Shown: positions 43,405 through 57,075, counted from the first letter of the stretch. The stretch: 64,000 bases of DNA from Eledone cirrhosa (GCA_964016885.1 OZ024753.1:10478001-10542000); one strand, 5' to 3'. The notes: a model not told the origin generated them from the sequence alone. Translations and numbers: made by a program.

Positions 43405-43592
43405 CTGAGATATTTGACACCTACTACCGCTGATGTCTGTATGTGCCATTTAGAAAAGGTAAAACATAAAGCTGAACAATACAAAATGAAACAAAGCAAA
43501 GAAAGCTCGCCTTTGTTTGAAGATGATTTAAACGAAGTAATTGCTGGGTTCCAGGGTCAATTTTATCGTAACCTCGGCTCCTCCAAAGCCTT
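43405..43592 (+). CDS. Orphan internal exon candidate, unknown protein
   Basis: Pyrimidine-rich TTTCATTCAG acceptor and GTGAGT donor at 43593. Open frame LRYLTPTTADVCMCHLEKVKHKAEQYKMKQSKESSPLFEDDLNEVIAGFQGQFYRNLGSSKA. Unique sequence. Family not recognised. Confidence 0.5.
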
Positions 43593-43782
43593 GTGAGTTA
43601 GAGTTGAACACTGTACGAAACCTCTTTGAGTTGTAGGCTTAGATCAGGGGTGTGCAACATATTCCATTGGCGGGGCACTTTTGGACATTGGAAGAACTAT
43701 TAGGGCCATTAATATTTAAGTACTATTCCAGAGTAGAAATAATTTCTGTGCGACGTTCTACAGGCTCTAGCACTTCACATTA

Positions 43783-44377
43783 TCTATATATATAAAACTG
43801 AGGATGTCTGTCTGTGTGTGTGTGAGTTTGAATCCCTAAAACTCGAGAAGTACCCAACCGATTTCTTTCAAACTTTACATGTGTATTACTTTATGCACAT
43901 AAAAAATTCAACCTTTTGATCTCCTAGCATCCGCATTAGGTGAAAAACTGCGTTTGTTAAGCTTTTTATGGGTTTTTTGAGGCGTTATGTCAGACCGATT
44001 TCCTTGAAATTGTAACTATGTATTAGTCAGTCCGTGAGCAAAGAAAATCCAACTTTTTTTATGGCCTAGGGCCCGCATTAGGTGAAAAACTTGATTTTTC
44101 TTTTCAGCTTTTTAGGGCTTTTTGGAGGCGTTACGTCAAGCCGATTTTCTCGAAATTTCCAGGCATATTAGGCACATAAAAAAAATTTATTTCTTGATTC
44201 CCTAGGGCCCGCATTAGGTGAAAACCTATATTTTTTTCCTGCTTCATCGAGGAAAATCTTAAAGTATTCGGTTTATTTTCTTTACATATTGTCCAGGCAT
44301 GTAGTTTTTCCACGATTAGGTCTGTTGGTGGCCCGCGTTCCAAAATACATTATCTCGTGCAACGCCGGATACCACTG

Positions 44378-44380
<3 letters not shown>
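43783..44380 (+). mobile_element. Non-autonomous Helitron-like element
   Basis: Starts A|TCTATATATATAAAA followed by a GTCTGTCTGTGTG microsatellite. Internal repeats (CCGCATTAGGTGAAAA three times). Decayed GC-rich subterminal segment. The terminal CTAG is not intact. Confidence 0.65.
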
Positions 44381-44424
<44 letters not shown>

Positions 44425-44567
44425 CCAAAGATTAATAAGGTTCATTGATTACTCAATGAATATAGTTTTACAATAGATTAAAAGCACTCTACAATGAAGT
44501 TTTCTGGAGTTATTAATATTATTCAAAATATTAATAAATGAAGACATTCACATAATCAAAATATATA

Positions 44568-44629
44568 TTTTATTATACATATTTCGAAGGTACTGTCTTG
44601 TTTTTTCAGTACGTCCTCGTCAGATAAAA
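44568..44629 (-). ncRNA. Type I hammerhead ribozyme motif (left arm of inverted pair)
   Basis: Reverse complement: ttttat-CTGACGA-ggacgtactg...cagtaccttc-GAAA-tatgta-TA-ataaaa. Confidence 0.8.
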
Positions 44630-44701
44630 TACATGAATTGATGTATGACATACCTCAACGGTATTGATGGTTCAATTCCAGTATTGGTAGTACTGTATGT
44701 A

Positions 44702-44763
44702 TTTTATCTGATGAGGTCGTACTGAATAAACAGCACAGTACCTTCGAAATATATATAATAAAA
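44702..44763 (+). ncRNA. Type I hammerhead ribozyme motif (right arm of inverted pair)
   Basis: ttttat-CTGATGA-ggtcgtactg...cagtaccttc-GAAA-tatata-TA-ataaaa. Confidence 0.78.
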
Positions 44764-44805
44764 CATATTTTGAGTATGTGAATGTCTTCATTTATTAATA
44801 TTCTG

Positions 44806-44836
<31 letters not shown>

Positions 44837-45002
44837 CGTTATTCCGGGTTGAATCGGAGGTAACCACAGTAAGTAAGGTACTCAATACATAGCAGAGTAT
44901 AAAGGTTTTAATATAGATGAGACTCTACAGGACTAGAACTGTTTCATTCTTCAGAAATCATCAGGAATCTCAGGAGATTCTCATCTATATATGAGAATCT
45001 CA

Positions 45003-45054
<52 letters not shown>

Positions 45055-45057
<3 letters not shown>

Positions 45058-45207
45058 CCTTGGCGGGATTTGAACTCCATTCTGAATTCAAATCAGAATG
45101 GAGTTCAAATCCCACCAAGGTTAACTTTGCCTTTCATCCTTACGGGGTCGATAAAATAAAGTACCAGTAATGCACTGGTTAATTGCTGGCCTTATGCCAA
45201 ACGTAGA

Positions 45208-45210
<3 letters not shown>
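45055..45210 (+). mobile_element. SINE family 1 with inverted duplication of its B-box region
   Basis: aaccttggcgggatttgaactccattctga...tcagaatggagttcaaatcccaccaaggtt, flanked by (TA)n. Confidence 0.8.
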
Positions 45211-45240
<30 letters not shown>

Positions 45241-45241
<1 letters not shown>

Positions 45242-45495
45242 TAGGGCGGGTAAAAATCCCGAGATCCATGGACGAGTTCTCTCCAACGGTCTCTGTCCCT
45301 CATTATCGCTGCCATGTCCTGCGTCTCCAACAGACCAGTGTCTGTCCTTAGGGCATCAACATATGTCAACCTCGGTCTCCCTCTTCCAGTGTATCCATGC
45401 AGGGGCTTCCACAGGAGCACTGAATGCAGTGTCAACTCTGGATGTCGGTGAGCATGTCCAGCTAACCTCAGTCTCCTCTGTGTCACCTTCGTAAC
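45241..45495 (-). mobile_element. RTE LINE 3' fragment (another at 46703-46945)
   Basis: Same C-terminal peptide KVTQRRLRLAGHAHRHPELTLHSVLLWKP as 48794-49228. Confidence 0.88.
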
Positions 45496-45582
45496 CTGGC
45501 CATTGAAATGTACATAATGTTTGCTAAAATATATCTTTAAAGGAATTTCACCTGTCCGACCTCCTGTCATTTTACTCAATAA

Positions 45583-45768
45583 TAATTGTTTCTACTTTAG
45601 GCACAAGGCCAGCAATTACCCAGTGCATTACTGGTACTTTATTTTATCGACCCCGTAAGGATGAAAGGCAAAGTCAACCTCAGCGGGATTTGAACTCAGA
45701 TCGTAAAGGGACGTAACTGTGCTGGAAAGCATGGCGTCCGACTCTCTACCGATACTGCCAATCCACCC
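45583..45768 (-). mobile_element. SINE family 1
   Basis: Full copy. Confidence 0.88.
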
Positions 45769-46028
45769 TAATATTACATTATCATTGGCTATACGGAATG
45801 ACCAATTCTATCCAGTGGTGAACCACCAAACTTATATATATATATATATAAACCACACACCCTCCATCTCAAGTCTACTTTCGAAAAGCATAGGAACTGT
45901 GAAACCGGTAAAGGAAATAAATAAATATTCTTAAAAAGACTCCAGTTGCATTTTCGGTTTCTTTTCCTTATACTTTCACTCGTGTAGGATATCTCGTTTT
46001 GTTTTTCATTTAAAAAACCCCTCATTTT

Positions 46029-46078
<50 letters not shown>

Positions 46079-46578
46079 AAAATAGTCAGGACCCCGACGG
46101 CTGAGCTCCGGCCGTTTCGACAGCTATAGTTCAGAAATAGGTGTCGAAACGGCCGGAGCTCAGCAGTCCGCGTCCTGAATCTTTTTCTATTACCCACTCT
46201 ACTACCCATAGTATTGAGTACTCTGGTGCGTTATGGTCCACTTGGATCCTTACCACACTTCTTTCGTTATATATATATATACCTGTAGTATCTATTTCAT
46301 ACTATTATCCTTATTTAAAAATATATCTGACCAAGAATGCCTTTTGTGAAAATCAGTCATGTGGAACAATTGTCATCTTGCCTGATGGTTTGAACCCTAC
46401 AGAACCACCTGCCTCTTTGAGGTCAAATACCAACCTACTACCATCTACAAACTGACCAATGAGAATCAAGACCATTCCTGCTGACAACATTAAATTATTC
46501 CTAACAAGCTCATATGTCCCAAGGCTCTGATACCATCAACACTGTACACACAGAGCTGGCATATCTAAGAACTGACTA

Positions 46579-46634
46579 ACTGCCTGATGAGATCATAGCC
46601 ATTCAATGGCTATCATCGAAATATATATAGCAGT
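46579..46634 (+). ncRNA. Type I hammerhead ribozyme motif
   Basis: actgc-CTGATGA-gatcatagcc-attcaat-ggctatcatc-GAAA-tatata-TA-gcagt. Perfect stem I, stem II with a single C.C mismatch. Confidence 0.87.
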
Positions 46635-47066
46635 AAATAAAGGATTATGAGTTCATGCAATTGACTTATGTTTCATCACTATATATATATATATATATAT
46701 ATATGGCGGGTAACATTCCTGAGATCCATGGACGAGTTCTCTCCAGCGGTCTCTGTCCTTCATCATCGCCATCATCGCCGCTGAGACCCGTGTCTGTCCT
46801 TAGAGCATCAACTTATGTTATCCTCGGTCCCCCTCTACCAATGTGCCCGTGTAGGGGCTCCCACAGGACCACTGAGAGCAGTGTCAACTCTGACTGTCTG
46901 TGAGCATGTCCAGCTAACCCCAGTCGCCTTTGTGTCACTTCCGAGTTGACTTAAATATGGACATTGTCGTATAAAGCAACAATGAGGAATGTGACTAAGA
47001 TATAAACTCGATGGTAAAGTGTTACTTAAATCTCCGAGATACATACCGAGGTATTTTTGTTTATAT

Positions 47067-47152
<86 letters not shown>

Positions 47153-47247
47153 ATTGTCTGTGTATATATATATCTATATATCTTTCTCTTTCTCTCCGTC
47201 TTTATATATATATATATATATTTGTCTGTGTATACATATTTGTGTGC

Positions 47248-47294
<47 letters not shown>

Positions 47295-47337
47295 CGTGTA
47301 TGTATAAGTATATATATATATACATACTTACACACAC

Positions 47338-47368
<31 letters not shown>

Positions 47369-47754
47369 TATATACACACACACACACATATATACACACA
47401 CACACATGATTGTCTGTGTATCTATATATCTTTCTCTCTTTCTCTCCGTCTTTATATATATATATAAGCGTGTATGTATAAGTATATATATACATATACA
47501 TACTTACACACACACATACACACACATACACATATATCTACATATATACACAAGTACCCATGAAACAGAAAAGTGCAATAACGATATTAGTTAGGTGAAA
47601 CCTCTTAGAGTGTAGGTGACTGTGACGAATGATCAGGATATCACTAGAGTGGTTTTATTTCAGTGTAGACACGACCACATGTTTTCTGTTTAGATAGCTA
47701 GATATTTCTAATTAATCATCCGATAGTCGAGATTTGACAATAAACCGCAACACG

Positions 47755-48290
47755 TACGTATACGCTCTCTCACGTCCGTATACGCTCTCTAGCATAGTAT
47801 ACGCTCTCTAGTATATACGTATACGCTCTCTAACATATACTTATCGTATGCTCTCTAACATATACGTATCGTATGCTCTCTAACATATACGTATCGTATG
47901 CTCTCTAACATATATGTATACTCCCTCATATACGTATACTCTCTTACATACGTATGCTCTCTTACACACGTATACTCTCTTACATACGTATGCTCTCTTA
48001 CATACATATGCTCTCTTACACACGTATACTCTCACATGTATGCTCTCTTACACACGTATACTCTCTCACACACGTATACTCTCTCACACACGTATACTCT
48101 CTTACATACGTATGCTCTCTTACACACGTATACTCTCACATGTATGCTCTCTTACATACGTATGCTCTCCCACACACGTATGCTCTCTCACACACGTATG
48201 CTCTCTTACACACGTATAGTCTCTTACACACGTATACTCTCTCACATGTATGCTCTCGTACATACGTATGCTCTCACACGTATACTCTCA
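47755..48290. repeat. About 20-bp degenerate minisatellite (ACACACGTATACTCTCTT-like)
   Basis: Direct inspection. Confidence 0.85.
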
Positions 48291-48793
48291 CCCACTCATT
48301 CATACACACACACTCACTCATTCATACACTCACTCACTCACTCACTCACTCACACGTACACTCACTCACACGTACATTGGCTGAGTTGGGCTTTAGCTAG
48401 AAAATAACATATAAATACTATATGTACCCACGCCGTCAAAATGGCGGTACCCAAGCCGTCGAAGGGGCAGTAAATATACTTTCGTGAAACCGTAAAATCA
48501 CATAGACCAGTGTGAGTTCATATCGTTATAGATGTCTCTCTTTTTCTCTTTGTTCAAACCTGTAGATGGGATAACCTAGGTTCCCCTCTCTCTCCTCTCC
48601 CCCCCCTCTCTCCCCCTTAAACACCATTGTACCTTTGAAATATGTATAATAAAATATATGTTTTGATTATTGGCATCTTGAATAATATTAAAAACTCCAG
48701 GAAAATCCTTGTAGACTGATTCTAATCTATTGTAAAATTGTATTTGTTGATTAATCAACGAACCATATTAATCTTTGGTCATATATATATATT

Positions 48794-49775
48794 CTAGGGC
48801 GAGTAAAATTCCCGAGATCCATGGACGATGTCTCTCCAGCGGTCTCTGTCCCTCCAGCGGTCTCTGTCCCTCATTATCGCTGCCATGTCCTGCGTCTCCA
48901 ACAAATTAGTGTCTGTTCTTAGGGCATCAACATACGTTAACCTTGGTTTTCCTCTTCCAGTGTGTCCATGTAGGGGCTCCCACAGGAGCACTAAGTGCAA
49001 TGTCAACTCTGGATGTCGGTGAGCATGTCCAGCTAACCTCAGTCTCCTCTGTGTCACTTTTGAGCTGACTTTTGGGAGGCTCCCAGACAGCTCTGAGTTT
49101 TTCATCCTCAGTGTATACTGATTAATGTTCAGAGCCATCCTCAGCATTCTCGTGTAGCACCCATCCCCCATCCGAGTGAGTTTCTTGGTCAGTGTCCAAG
49201 TCTCAGACCAGACCGTACAGCAGCACAAACTCCACTACAGCAATGACGAGGCGGATTTTCAGGTCTTTACGAAGGTCCGACTTCCACACCGATCTCAAGC
49301 TGTGGCACGCCGCCCAGGCTTTGCTCCCAAATACAGGAAGCCCTCAACCAATCTAGCGGTTTCCCGCCTACATTAGTGATCCCCTCTGGCTTATCAACAT
49401 TCTCTACCAGATATTTTGTTTTAGTCTCATTCATTCTCAGCCCCACACTCATCGACACGGTCTCAACCTCCTGCATCAAATCTTCTGCCAAAACTATGTC
49501 GCTGACAAATTCAGCATCTGATATCTTTTTCGCCTTAACTCTCCTGCTCTGAGCCGGTGCTGCAGTAAAGCCAGAGTCCTGGTGTTTCTCCAGTGCAAGG
49601 CGCATACAATAGTCCACTACGATGATACAGAGGTAGGGAGCCAATGTATCTCCTTGGAGCACTCCAGCCAGTATCTCAAAGAACTCTGTCATCCCATCAG
49701 GTGTAATGACTTGGGTGTTGGTGTAGAGCAGTGATATCAGGTCCACTATCTTCTTGGGGATTCCATAAGCTTGTA
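48794..49775 (-). mobile_element. 5'-truncated RTE-type LINE (degenerate reverse transcriptase and C-terminus)
   Basis: LQAYGIPKKIVDLI...GVLQGDTLAPYL.IIVVDY, then ETWTLTKKL...RRLRLAGHAHRH...GRGKPRLTYVD. Frameshifted, both ends in TA runs. Confidence 0.92.
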
Positions 49776-50106
49776 AGATATATATATATATGGTAAGTAA
49801 GATAGACCTTTTCTCTAGATGCGATAGTAATTTCCTCTGGGGAAGAGATAGTAGGTTGATATTTGCTAAACACATCCTAAGAGATGATGAGAGGAGGGTA
49901 TTTATTGGAGGACTATCCGATAACACATTTCGTTCACATCACAAAGAACAAAACAATTAGAAAATTTTCTTCTTAATAATCTAACGACACTAGAATTATC
50001 TTTTTAAAATCTTGTTAAATATTCCCCCTACCCACCACACAGACGCACACAGCACACACACAGCACACACACACGCACACGCACACACACACGCACACAC
50101 ACACAG

Positions 50107-50140
<34 letters not shown>

Positions 50141-50151
50141 ACACACACACA

Positions 50152-50198
<47 letters not shown>

Positions 50199-50826
50199 AC
50201 ACACACACATACACACGCAGACACAGACACAGACACACACACACACAGACACACACACACACAGACAGACACACAGACACAGACACACACACACAGACAC
50301 ACACACACAGACACACACACACAGACACACACACACAGACACACACAGACACACACACAATATCTCCATTATCTTAAAACAAAAATGTTTTCAAAGAATC
50401 AGCTTATTGCTTTAAAGTGCCACTCTTAAAACGCTGTACGTCTGAGAAAAGTCAATATTTACACACACATACGCACATATACGCACACGCGCACACGCAT
50501 GTACACATGACACACACGCAGATGCACATGCACACACACTAAAACGTAAAACAAAAAGGAAAACCAATCTAAAGAGATCTGTTAATTGATATGATCCAAC
50601 TTCCAATCTCAACCTTTTCACTTCAAAAGTAAAAACCATTATTTAGGATCCTAGATAAATACTTTTTTAACAATGGAAATACTACAAATTGTCCAATAGA
50701 AACTTGGTTTAAATTTTGATAATCAACCAATCAGGTTATAGATTCTATTCTTCAATTGCAGGCAAATGAAGAAATATTCACAGAAACAGCGTGAGGCCCC
50801 CACATACATAATGCTAATTACACTAA

Positions 50827-51395
50827 CTAGCAGAAAAACCACCCTTCCTGTGGTTTTCTGCTAGCATTTGTAGTGTGCATATTGATATTATATGCACATA
50901 TATATACATATAGATATGATACGTGAAATAAAATCGTAATTGACAATATGCAGAGAAATTGAAGAGAGTCTGTGTTACATTGTTTTATGTAATCAGTAAA
51001 GTAATCCATGATACATTTTAAAAAGACGATACTATATATAAACTGCATTAGGAGAAAATTAGCGACGGAAATATATGAATGTTTATATAAGCGATGTTAT
51101 AAGTGTTATAATATATCTGTTTCTACTATTGGCACAAGGCCAGCAATTATCCCAGTGCAAAGTTAACCTCGGCGGGATTTGAACTCAGACCATAAAGGGG
51201 CGTAACTCTATGCTGGAAAGCATGGCGTCCGACCCTCAACCCATACTGCCAATCCACCATAATATAATGGACGCTAACTGGAATTGTTAACATTCGAACA
51301 TTTTAAAGAAGTGAATCTTGAAATAAGCAATAAAATTATTTATATTTAATCAATAGTTACAAAATTTAGTACATAAATTATTCATTCATTATTTA
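50827..51395. mobile_element. Dispersed repeat with terminal hairpin (second copy ~61892-62260)
   Basis: CTAGCAGAAAAACCAC...GTGGTTTTCTGCTAG hairpin plus about 300 bp shared sequence. Interrupted by a SINE. Confidence 0.6.
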
Positions 51396-51836
51396 TTAGA
51401 GGGTCGGACGCCATGCTTTCCAGCATAGTTACGTTCCTTTATCTGAGTTCAAATCCTGCCGAGGTTAACTTTGCTTTCATCCTTACGGGGTCGATAAAAT
51501 AAAGTACCAGTAATGCACTGGGTATTGCTGGCCTTGTGCCAAAAGTAGATACAATTATTTATTAGAGGGTCTTTGCCTTTCATCCTTACGGGGTCGATAA
51601 AATAAGGTACCAGTAATGTACTGATTAATTGATGGCCTTGTGCCAAAAGTAGAAACAATTATTTATTAGAGGGTCGGACGCCATGCTCTCCAGCATAGTT
51701 ACATTCCTTTACAATCTGAGTTCAAATCCCGCCGAAGTTGACTTTGCCTTTCATCCTTACGGGGTCGATAAAATAAAGTACCAGTAATGCACTGGTACCA
51801 GTAATGCTGGCCTTGTGCCAAAAGTAGAAACAATTA
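51117..51836. mobile_element. SINE family 1 cluster (one - copy, three + copies or fragments)
   Basis: Repeated diagnostic motifs. Confidence 0.85.
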
Positions 51837-52368
51837 TTTATACAAAATAATCCAATTTATTTTACAAATATATTCTGGACACAGTCCCACACTCCTCTCT
51901 TTATTATATTAGCCTACATCTGCTGGAAAGGCCATGTCTAAACATAGAACTATTCTACAAGTCTACTCTGAATATTAATTCGTGTTTGACTACGAACCAT
52001 TATAAAATACACGAAGAAGCTGTTTTTTTCCCCCTAAAATAGTCTCAAAAACCTACCCTGCGCCCTGAAGGTCGAAAGTTGTTAATTATTATTATTTTTT
52101 TTTTGGTCAAATTTTTGGTTGTCAAAATTAGGGTACGTTCTCGAGGACGAAGCGTCTTCGGCGCCGGGAAATACGGTATATTACTACTCCTGAACTGATA
52201 AGGAATTAACTGACAACAATATATTATAATCATTAAATTATAAGTGACACATATTTGATTGTTACAGGAAATTATCTTGTTCTCATACTAGACATTGTCT
52301 CATTTCTTCTACTCCATCATCGAGCCCTCCTTAATCTTATCCTGCTCTCTTTTCTTCTTTAACACTAC

Positions 52369-52369
<1 letters not shown>

Positions 52370-52444
<75 letters not shown>

Positions 52445-53380
52445 GTCTCTGTCTCTCTGTCTGTCTCTCTGTCTGTCTCTCTGTCTGTCTCTCTGTCTGT
52501 CTCTCTGTTTGTCTCTCTGTCTGTCTGTCTCTCTGTCTCTCTGTCTGTCTCTGTCTCTCTGTCTATCTATCTGTCTATCTATCTGTCTATCTCTCTTCTA
52601 TCTCTCTGTCTGTCCATCTCTCTTCTCTCTCTGTCTATCTGTCTCTCTGTCTATCTGTCTCTCTTCTATCTGTCTCTCTTCTATCTGTCTCTCTTCTATC
52701 TGTCTCTCTTCTATCTGTCTCTCTTCTCTCTTATATCTTTCTATCTCTATCTATCTGTCTATCTCTCTATCTGTCTATCTCTCTATTTGTCTGTCTATCT
52801 CTCTGTCTCTCTATCTCTCTATCTCTCTATCTCTCTGTCTGCCCGTCTCTGTTCTGCTTTTTTCTTCACACTCTCTCTCTCTTCTTCACCTGTATTCAAC
52901 ATAACCAGCTCCACACACTCCACTCTCATCCCCACACACTCCACTCTCATCCCCACACACTCCACTCTCATCCCCACACACTCCACTCTCATCCCCACAC
53001 ACTCCACTCTCATCCCCACACACTCCACTCTCATCCCCAAACACTCCACTCCAACCCCACCCACTGCACTCCAACCCCACCCACTGCACTCCAACCCCAC
53101 CCACTGCACTCCAACCCTACACACTGCACTCCAACCCTACACACTGCACTCCAACTCCACACACCCCACTCCAACCTCACACACCCCACTCCAACCTCAC
53201 ACACCCCACTCCAACCTCACGCACCCCACTCCAACCCCACACACCCCACTCCGACCCCACACACCCCACTCCGACCCTACACACCCCACTCCAACCCTAC
53301 ACACCCCACTCCAACCCTACACGCCCCACTCCAACCCTACACGCCCCACTCCAACCCCACACACTCCACTCCAACACTGC
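52370..53380. repeat. (CTGT)n/(CT)n tract followed by 21-bp and 20-bp C-rich minisatellites
   Basis: CCACACACTCCACTCTCATCC about 6 times, then ACACCCCACTCCAACCCYAC repeats. Confidence 0.9.
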
Positions 53381-54541
53381 ATAATTTCCTTTCAGAAGAC
53401 GTTTGTAAAGTCAGAACTGTGAAATACGTGAAATACATAAAATACATAACCTTAATGTTTCGATATGTCAGTCTCAGTTGATCTAACAATGGAGGAGAAG
53501 CAGTAAAACTTTGCTTCTTCTTCTGTCGATAGATTTAGACTTGAGTTTTCAGGAAGTTGTTTATAGAAAATGAACGGACATTCCTTGCTAGTTGTCTCTA
53601 TATAATTGATTAGATAAGGCTGAGCTTGTATATTGGAGTAACTTTCCACACATACTTCTGTTTATTTAAGTATATATAATATATATGTGTGTGTGTGTGT
53701 GTGTTTGTATATGTATATGTGTGTATGTATGTATGTGTGTGTCTATGTGTGTCTGTGTGAGGTCGCTCTCGAGTGCTACTGGTAACATGTAACCCAGTCC
53801 AACCTGTCTCATGTTCGGGTCGTCGGTGACTAAACCGACAACCCCACCAAGTTTACTTGGTGAAGGGGGTGATATTTGGACACCATGTGGGATGAAATAC
53901 AAGAGCCGGCAAATGGCGGAGGCACTTAGCAAAGTCAACGGCCATCCAAATAGTACTTCTTTTGTTCCCCCCACCCCACCTGGGAGTGAAAGGCCCCCAA
54001 TTGTTGTTACAATACCTTTCTAGGAGAGGGAAACTCTGAAAAAAAAGACCTGCGGCTTCGGAAGCATCCGATGATATTGACCAGTTCTCCTTTTCGGGTA
54101 GTGCTTTCGATACTCAAAGAGTGGGATTGGTCAAGTGCAAGACCTTTCCCCACTTAAAAAAACCTTCAAAGCACAGGCATTCCTTGTTCAGGATATGTTA
54201 CAGGTTCGTGTGGCTGGGCGTAGCTTAAAGGTGCACCAAACTCTATAATCTGACAAGCGATTGCAATACTCTTAGCAGAGTTTGCAGCCATCATACGTAT
54301 ATAAGTATACAGTAATCCCTGGTTTATAGTGGAGTATACGTTCCAGAACCAAACGTGATATAAAGGGACTCTAGACACAACCGTTGTTTTCATAGTTTAA
54401 GCTTAAAATAACTCTCAGCTCCCTGCATGATAATTGTATATATTTCATTATATTCAATTATATACACTCCCTAGACAATATATAGACGCTTTGCAGAGCA
54501 AATCTATGGTAAATGTGTTCAGATACGTCTTTAGAATATAG

Positions 54542-55045
54542 ATTTCTGATTTAGGCACAAGGCGAACAAATTTTGGGAAGGGAAAGTCGATTAAATCGAC
54601 CCCCAATGCATTACTGGTATATCATTTTATCGACCCCGTGAGGATGAAAGGCAAAGTTAACGTCGGTAGCATCGGTAGAGGGTCGGATATCATGCTTTGC
54701 AGCATAGAGGTACGGCCCTTTATGCTCTTAGTTCAAATCCTGCCGAGGTTAACTTTGCTTTTCATCCTTACGTGGTCGATAAAATAAAGTACCAGCAATG
54801 CACTGGGGTTGTTTTAATCGACTTTCCCCTCACGCAAAATGTCTGGCCTTCTGTATAGGAGACTATTATTATTGTAGAGTGTCGGACACCATGCTTTCCA
54901 GCATAGAGTTACGATCCTTTACGGTCTGAGTTCAAATCCCCCCGAGGTTAACTTTTGTCTTTCACCCTTACGAGGGATCGATAAAATAAAATAGCAGTAA
55001 TACACTGGGATATTGCTGGCCTTATGCCACAAGTAGAAACAATTA
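54542..55045. mobile_element. SINE family 1 cluster (3 copies)
   Basis: One - fragment followed by two + copies. Confidence 0.82.
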
Positions 55046-55793
55046 GTATGCTAGTTGTATTTAACCTCCCTTCATTTATCTTCATCAGCAAATCTTTTAT
55101 TTCTTACTTTTGTCCAATCAAATAACTTCCTTCCTTTTTCACCTTCCACTTCTGACTTCTCGTCCGAAACCACTTCCATTCATTTCTCCATTCATTCCCT
55201 TCCATTTGCTGATCTTACTCGTGTCTGCCCGACCTACACCTCTCCTCTCCTCTCCTCCTACACATCCCTCCTCCCACCCCTGCTTCCTGACACACCGCTT
55301 CCTCTCCTCCCACACCACCTCCTCCCAGCCTCATACCCCCCCCTACCCTACCTTCTATTCTCTACAAACGGAAGATATCTTTGTTAGTGAAGACATGTTA
55401 AGCTAAACATAATAGAGTGGAGACAATATGGCGACCTTCCCGTTGGAAATAAGGAATCAGTTTTTTTAATATTAGATTTAACCTCGAAAAGAATGAATGA
55501 AAAGTATTATATATATGTGTCTGTGTCTGTATATATGTGTGTGTATATGTGCGTATATATATATATGTGTGTGTGTATATATGTATATATATATGTGTAT
55601 GTCTGTATATATATGTATGTGTATATATATGTGTGTATGTATGTATATATGTGTGTATGTATGTATATATATATATATGTATGTGTGTATATATATATGT
55701 GTGTGTGTATATATATATGTGTGTGTGTATATATATATGTGTGTGTGTATATATATATGTGTGTGTGTATATATATATATGTGTGTATATATA

Positions 55794-55824
<31 letters not shown>

Positions 55825-56201
55825 GTGTGTATATATATATATATATATGTGTGTATATATATATATGTGTATGTATATATATGTGTATGTATATATGTGT
55901 GTATATGTATATATGTGTGTATATATATATATGTGTATGTATATATGTATGTGTATATATATATATATGTATGTATATATGTATGTGTATATATATATAT
56001 ATGTATATATGTATGTGTGTATATATATATATATGTATGTATATATGTATGTGTATATATATATATGTATGTATATATGTATGTGTATAGATATATATAT
56101 GTATGTATATAGATATATATATGTATGTATATATGTATGTGTATATATATATATGTGTGTATGTGTGTAAATGTGTATATATACACATATTGTGTGGCTG
56201 T

Positions 56202-56245
<44 letters not shown>

Positions 56246-56515
56246 CATATACAAATATATATATATATACATACATATGATAGAGAAGGAGGCTGGATGA
56301 GATAGGCAGAGAGAAAATTCGAGAAACATTACTGAAGCAACATCCAGTTGTATTTCCACAGTTTTCTGATTCCTTTGTTTATTTCTAGAACAAAATGGAA
56401 AGGTTTTGACATCTGCCAGAGGTGGTCTTGAGTTTTGTGTTCTATCCCAGACAGTATGTCACATTAGACAGTAATCCAGCTGCTGAGACATACAATTATA
56501 ACACACACACACACA

Positions 56516-56555
<40 letters not shown>

Positions 56556-57075
56556 CTAGCAGTAGTACCCAGCATTGCCTGGGTAGGTAAAATAATATCT
56601 GCTTTGATGAAGAGGTGTTGATCTTAGCGACTGCTTCTCGACGATTCATCTATGGCCACACACAGGCCATGCGGGGGAGGGTGGTGATGACTTCTGTCAC
56701 TGAGAGACGCGGGTGACTGACGAAGGGGCATGCTGGGGGAGAGAGTTTCGAATTTGAACGAAATCGGTTGAAAAATGTGGGAGCTAGAGCCGAAAAGGTG
56801 GTATTTTCGAATATTTAAGCGGCTGCCACGCCGTTCCTGAACAAAAAATCCAAAATGTAAAGCCAGTTTAATACGTGACATAATCAGATCTAGCGTAGTG
56901 TAAAATTTGAACAAAGTAGGTTGATTAATGTGGGAGCTAGAGCCGAAAAAGTGGTATTTTTGAATATTTAAGCGTCTGCCACGCCGTCCCTGAACAACAA
57001 ATGCAAAATATAAAGCCATTACAGCATGTGCAATGATAAATTCTATTTTGCTTTAAAATTTGAACGAAATCAGTA
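56556..57075 (-). mobile_element. Helitron-like element 3' part
   Basis: On -: hairpin TACCCAG...CTGGGTA followed a few nt later by CTAG|T. Internal tandem repeats of about 155 bp (56750-57070). Confidence 0.6.

Larger units (their letters stand above)
44423..44812. mobile_element. Inverted-repeat cassette with two divergent HHRs, between (TA)n tracts (partial copy at 48628-48780)
   Basis: Arms ~44515-44633 and ~44697-44812 are diverged reverse complements. Confidence 0.75.

Noticed and set aside
53452-53649. 65-aa minus-strand ORF in unique-looking sequence
   Set aside because: No recognisable motif, and it terminates just before the only candidate donor.
53755-54200. GC-richer segment resembling a LINE 5' UTR, possibly with an HDV-like ribozyme
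   Set aside because: Some hairpins are visible, but I could not build the nested double pseudoknot by eye. It needs a descriptor search.
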